A DNA stretch of 64,000 bases from Eledone cirrhosa (taxonomy: Eukaryota): assembly GCA_964016885.1 (NCBI GenBank), contig OZ024740.1:375162001-375226000 (forward strand), given 5' to 3'. The translations under genes were made by a program, and so were the position numbers. Every line of letters begins with the position of its first letter. Position 1 is the first letter of the stretch. The notes under the pieces were generated by a model. That model saw nothing but the letters and a program-made list of their open reading frames with translations. It searched no databases and was not told where the DNA came from. Below, piece after piece: positions 57,318 to 64,000 of the stretch.

Positions 57318-58360
57318 GATATTAAATAAATGGAAACTATATTTATAAAACCATATTTATTTCATTATATATATTTCAGGGATATCATATTAACAATATG
57401 CTATGCCTTCCTCAGACAAAATACAATATAGACAGTTTTATAGATAAATAGATTTGACATACCGTTCAACATCGACTTGTATTTGAAAAGTTGATTTGGC
57501 AGAGTTGATTTGGGTTTGCAGAGTTGTTCACGTAAATTCACATCGATGTTTGTAGTTATCATATAAACATATGAATTTTTAAAATTAAACATAAGATCAT
57601 TACTTTTCACACATTATGGATACGTGTCTCATTCAGGAATACTGATATTTACATTATAGTGCCTGGTTTTTATACATACTAATACATTAAAACATAGGGT
57701 TTTTATGCCTCGCCTATGTCTGGTTACTTTTCATTTTTCTCTATATATAACAGCTGGTTTCTCTCCTAACCACATATATCTCCTTTACATTAATACTAGA
57801 GCTAACTAAATAAATAAATAAATAAATGTATCATTGATACGTTTATTCAACGGATGTCCAACTACCTACTTTTCTCTATATATATCTATCTCTATCTATT
57901 TCCTCTCTCTATATATATATATCTCTGTTTCTTTACATGAAGTTCTTCTCTTTATCTATCTTTCCATCTCTCTATTTTGTTACATGCATTTCTTCTTTTT
58001 CTTCTTTTTCTTCGTTTTCTTTCTTTCTTTTCTTTCTTTCCTTCTTTCTCTCTTTCTTTCTTTCTGTTTACAATTTTTCACTGCCAAATCAACTTTTCAA
58101 ATACAAGTCGATGTTGAACGGTATGTCAAATCTATTTATCTATAAAACTGTCTATATTGTATTTTGTCTGAGGAAGGCATAGCATATTGTTAATATGATA
58201 TCCCTGAAATATATATAATGAAATAAATATGGTTTTATAAATATAGTTTCCATTTATTTAATATCGTAAATATACTCCAAATACTTGTTGAGTGCTTTTA
58301 TATCAGTTATAAATATTTACTAGTTGTAACCCAACAATTTAAATATAACTTTCCATGTAT
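57315..58360. mobile_element. Fold-back pLTR pair of the same family as the 16.1-kb PLE
   Basis: 57316-57500 mirrors 58082-58267. HHR tattttgt-CTGAGGA...GAAATATATATA-atgaaata at 58160-58225. Segment 58200-58355 is the reverse complement of 16095-16250. Confidence 0.85.
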
Positions 58361-58809
58361 ATATATATATATATATTTTAGTACAGCATAGATGAAGTTC
58401 TAGTATACGGCCAAGCTAGCGTGTATGCTTATTCGGTTTTGTAACTTTAGCACTCATATGAGGTAAGACTCCAGAGTATAACATTATGTTCAGACAGCTT
58501 AGCAAGTTAGATATAGCAGTCGGCAGTCCGACCGCATCACTAGAGCAACGAAAATACACCACCCAGGTAAAGATGTTTTTACTGACCTGGACATAACGCT
58601 GAGGCTGGGTGTAAAATATACAATCCACATGGTATTTCCACAATATTGATCGCAAAATCGCACGCAGCGACAGCGCTAAGTTTCTACAAATCCATGATCG
58701 ACAAATTCCTATTGCAGGAGTCTGCAATATAATCGCTTTTGACGACAGAACATATATATATATATATATATATATAGCTATATATATATATATGTAGAGG
58801 GGGTATATA

Positions 58810-58840
<31 letters not shown>

Positions 58841-58859
58841 TATTAAAATAACAGATGAA

Positions 58860-58910
58860 AGTTTAAGCAAAGAATCGTTGCTTTCACCCTTAACGGGATC
58901 TTCTGAAACT
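58860..58910 (-). ncRNA. Degenerate type I hammerhead
   Basis: agttt-CAGAAGA-tcccgttaagggt-GAAAGCAA cgattct TTGCTT-aaact; one core substitution (U4 to A). Confidence 0.6.
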
Positions 58911-59000
58911 AACAAACTCAATCTGTAAACGCAGAAGTGGATATTTCAAAAAGCGTTGCAACTGGAGGAAGACAGGAAGACCATACTTTGGTTCGTGGAA

Positions 59001-59264
59001 ACGTTCCCTGGCAAAGAACGGGAAAAAACGAATAAATACGTCATTAATAGGAGGGGTGAAAAACAATTACACGCAAAGACAGAACCACGTTTATGGTATA
59101 AAAGAAGTCGTAGACTGATATTCTCTGAGGTGGTTCATAGAGACGTTCTCTGGCAATGAACGGAAAAAACGAAGATAATACGTCATATGTTGAGCGTGGA
59201 GAACAATTGCACGCAAAGACAAAACCACGTAAATGGTATAGCTGAAGTCGTAGACTAAAATTCT
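59001..59264. repeat. Diverged direct repeat, period ~141 bp
   Basis: ACGTT..CTGGCAA...CACGCAAAGACA..ACCACGT...GAAGTCGTAGACT occurs twice. Confidence 0.8.
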
Positions 59265-60129
59265 AACAAGGAAACCGAATGATTCTCCGCTTCAGAGTTA
59301 AGAATAAAGTAAATAAAATACAATACAGAGGTAATAGCTATTAAATAAATATATACACGCATCCAAATACGTACATACACAGGCATACGCGAAAACACTC
59401 GCCATAGGTATACAAACCACCCACATATAAATATGATTGTGTGTGTGTGCGTGTATACAAATAAATAAGTAATTAAATAAACGTATATAAATAAATAAAT
59501 ACGTATATAACAAGCGCACACACATACCTACATGTAAATACACAAATGTTCGGAGAAGCACGTCAACCGAAACATGAAGTACACATATACACACACCCAA
59601 CATATATATATATTTATCCTTATCGAGCCCTCTTTGGATTTTAGTCCTCAAATTTATTATTATTACTTTATATATAATATATATATATATATATGTGTGT
59701 GTGTGCGTGCGTGTGTGTGTGTGATGGCTCCAAACTCTGCTAAGAGTATTGCAATCGCTTGTCAGATTCATTTCTTAACATAGAGTTCGGTGCACTTTTA
59801 GGCTACGGCCAGCCACACGAACCTATAACAGATCCTGAAAAAGTAACGTCTGCGCCGCTTTGAACGTTTTTGTAACTGGGGAAAGGACATGCACACGACC
59901 GATCTCACTCTCTGTGCATCGACACTATTTCCAAATTCTACATTTTCTCTCTCTATATATAGAGAGAGAGAAACACAAACACAACGACAATTTCCGCTCA
60001 TCGGCTGTCATCTATGGATCACTAATGTTAGTAATGCACTAATGTGTTCGAAACATAAGTCATCCTCAAAAGACAAGCGATGAGCAGGAATTGTCTTTGT
60101 GTCTTTTTTTTTCCTCGCGTTATCTCCTT

Positions 60130-62960
<2,831 letters not shown>

Positions 62961-63457
62961 TCCCTGAGGATGTCGGTCTGCGTGTGGGTGTGTGTCTGTG
63001 AGTTTGAATCCCTAAAACTCGAGAAGTACCCAACCGACCTTTTTCAAACTTTACATGTGTATTACTTATGTTTTAGTGAGTGCATAAGAGAAATTCAACT
63101 TTCTGATCCCCTAGGGCCTGCATTAGGTGAAAAACTACGTTTTTCATGTTTTAGGGTTTGTTTTTAGGCATTACGTTAGACTGATTTCCTTGAAATTGTA
63201 ACTATGTATTAGTCAGTCTCTTCTTCATACCGTTAGCAAAGAAAATCTAACTTGTTTATGGCCTAGGGCCCGCATTATGTGAAAACCTACATTTTTCCTG
63301 CTTCATCGAGGAACATGTTAAAGATTATCCAGCCATCTGAGTATTCGGTTTATTTTCTTTACCTATTGTCCAGGCATGCAGTTTTTTCACGATTAGGTCT
63401 GTTGGCGGACCCCGTTCCAAAATACTTCATCCCGTGCAACTCCGGTACCACTGCTAG

Positions 63458-63514
<57 letters not shown>

Positions 63515-63516
<2 letters not shown>

Positions 63517-64000
63517 ATGTATAAAAATCAATACAATATAATCAATACAGAGGTTTCCCGAATGAGGCGAATACGAAAGAAACGTCTTCATTCGTTCGTC
63601 AGACGAGGCAATATAAAACATGGGTAAATACTTGGAAAGTCTCATCAAGAAAAGCAAAAAGACAAAAAAGATATAGACAAATGAATTAGAATATGAAATA
63701 TATAATAATCTTTCAAGAAATATAGTTAGGTGTGTGTATACATATGTATATACGCTCACAGATGTGCATATATGTGTATGCACATATGTATCCGTATAGT
63801 GAAAAAGTGTGCGTAAATATATAATTTAGGGCAAACGTATCTGTATGTCTGTAATCTACAGACAGAATAGATACATCATAAGAATATGAAGGCACGCGCA
63901 TAAACACACCTACACACACGTACACATAGATGCGGAAGTAAAAGAGGTAAGGGAGTGTAATAATTAAAGGAAAGTATCAATCTCGATATATTTATAAAAA
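63515..64000 (-). mobile_element. pLTR of the 48.4-kb PLE family (runs off the window)
   Basis: Near-identical to 48408-48900, with the HHR core at ~63548-63610 on the minus strand. Confidence 0.88.

Overview
Repeat-dominated, AT-rich animal genomic DNA. It is probably an octopus or other cephalopod, inferred from the SINE family and the extreme (TA)n load. I found no confident intact host gene, and most long ORFs in the track are microsatellite artefacts. The window holds at least 14 copies of a tRNA-headed SINE, a Helitron PIF1 fragment, a decayed Tx1/L1-like LINE and RTE-derived bipartite elements. It also has a dense cluster of Penelope-like elements (PLEs: a Naiad-like family and a 'YRDDG' RT/GIY-YIG family), nearly all inserted in (TA)n and carrying inverted arms. 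The standout is 18831-22570: 11+ near-identical tandem copies of a 310-bp, non-coding, highly self-complementary unit, each with a type I hammerhead ribozyme (HHR), plus one head-to-head inverted copy. This looks like a retrozyme (circular RNA) concatemer integrated by PLE machinery. Its HHR core is nearly identical to the pLTR HHR of the PLE at 38-47 kb. About ten distinct HHR-bearing families occur in the window, including two more short units (~320 and ~420 bp) with the same partial-tandem plus inverted-arm geometry. Coordinates were read by eye and may be off by a few bases.
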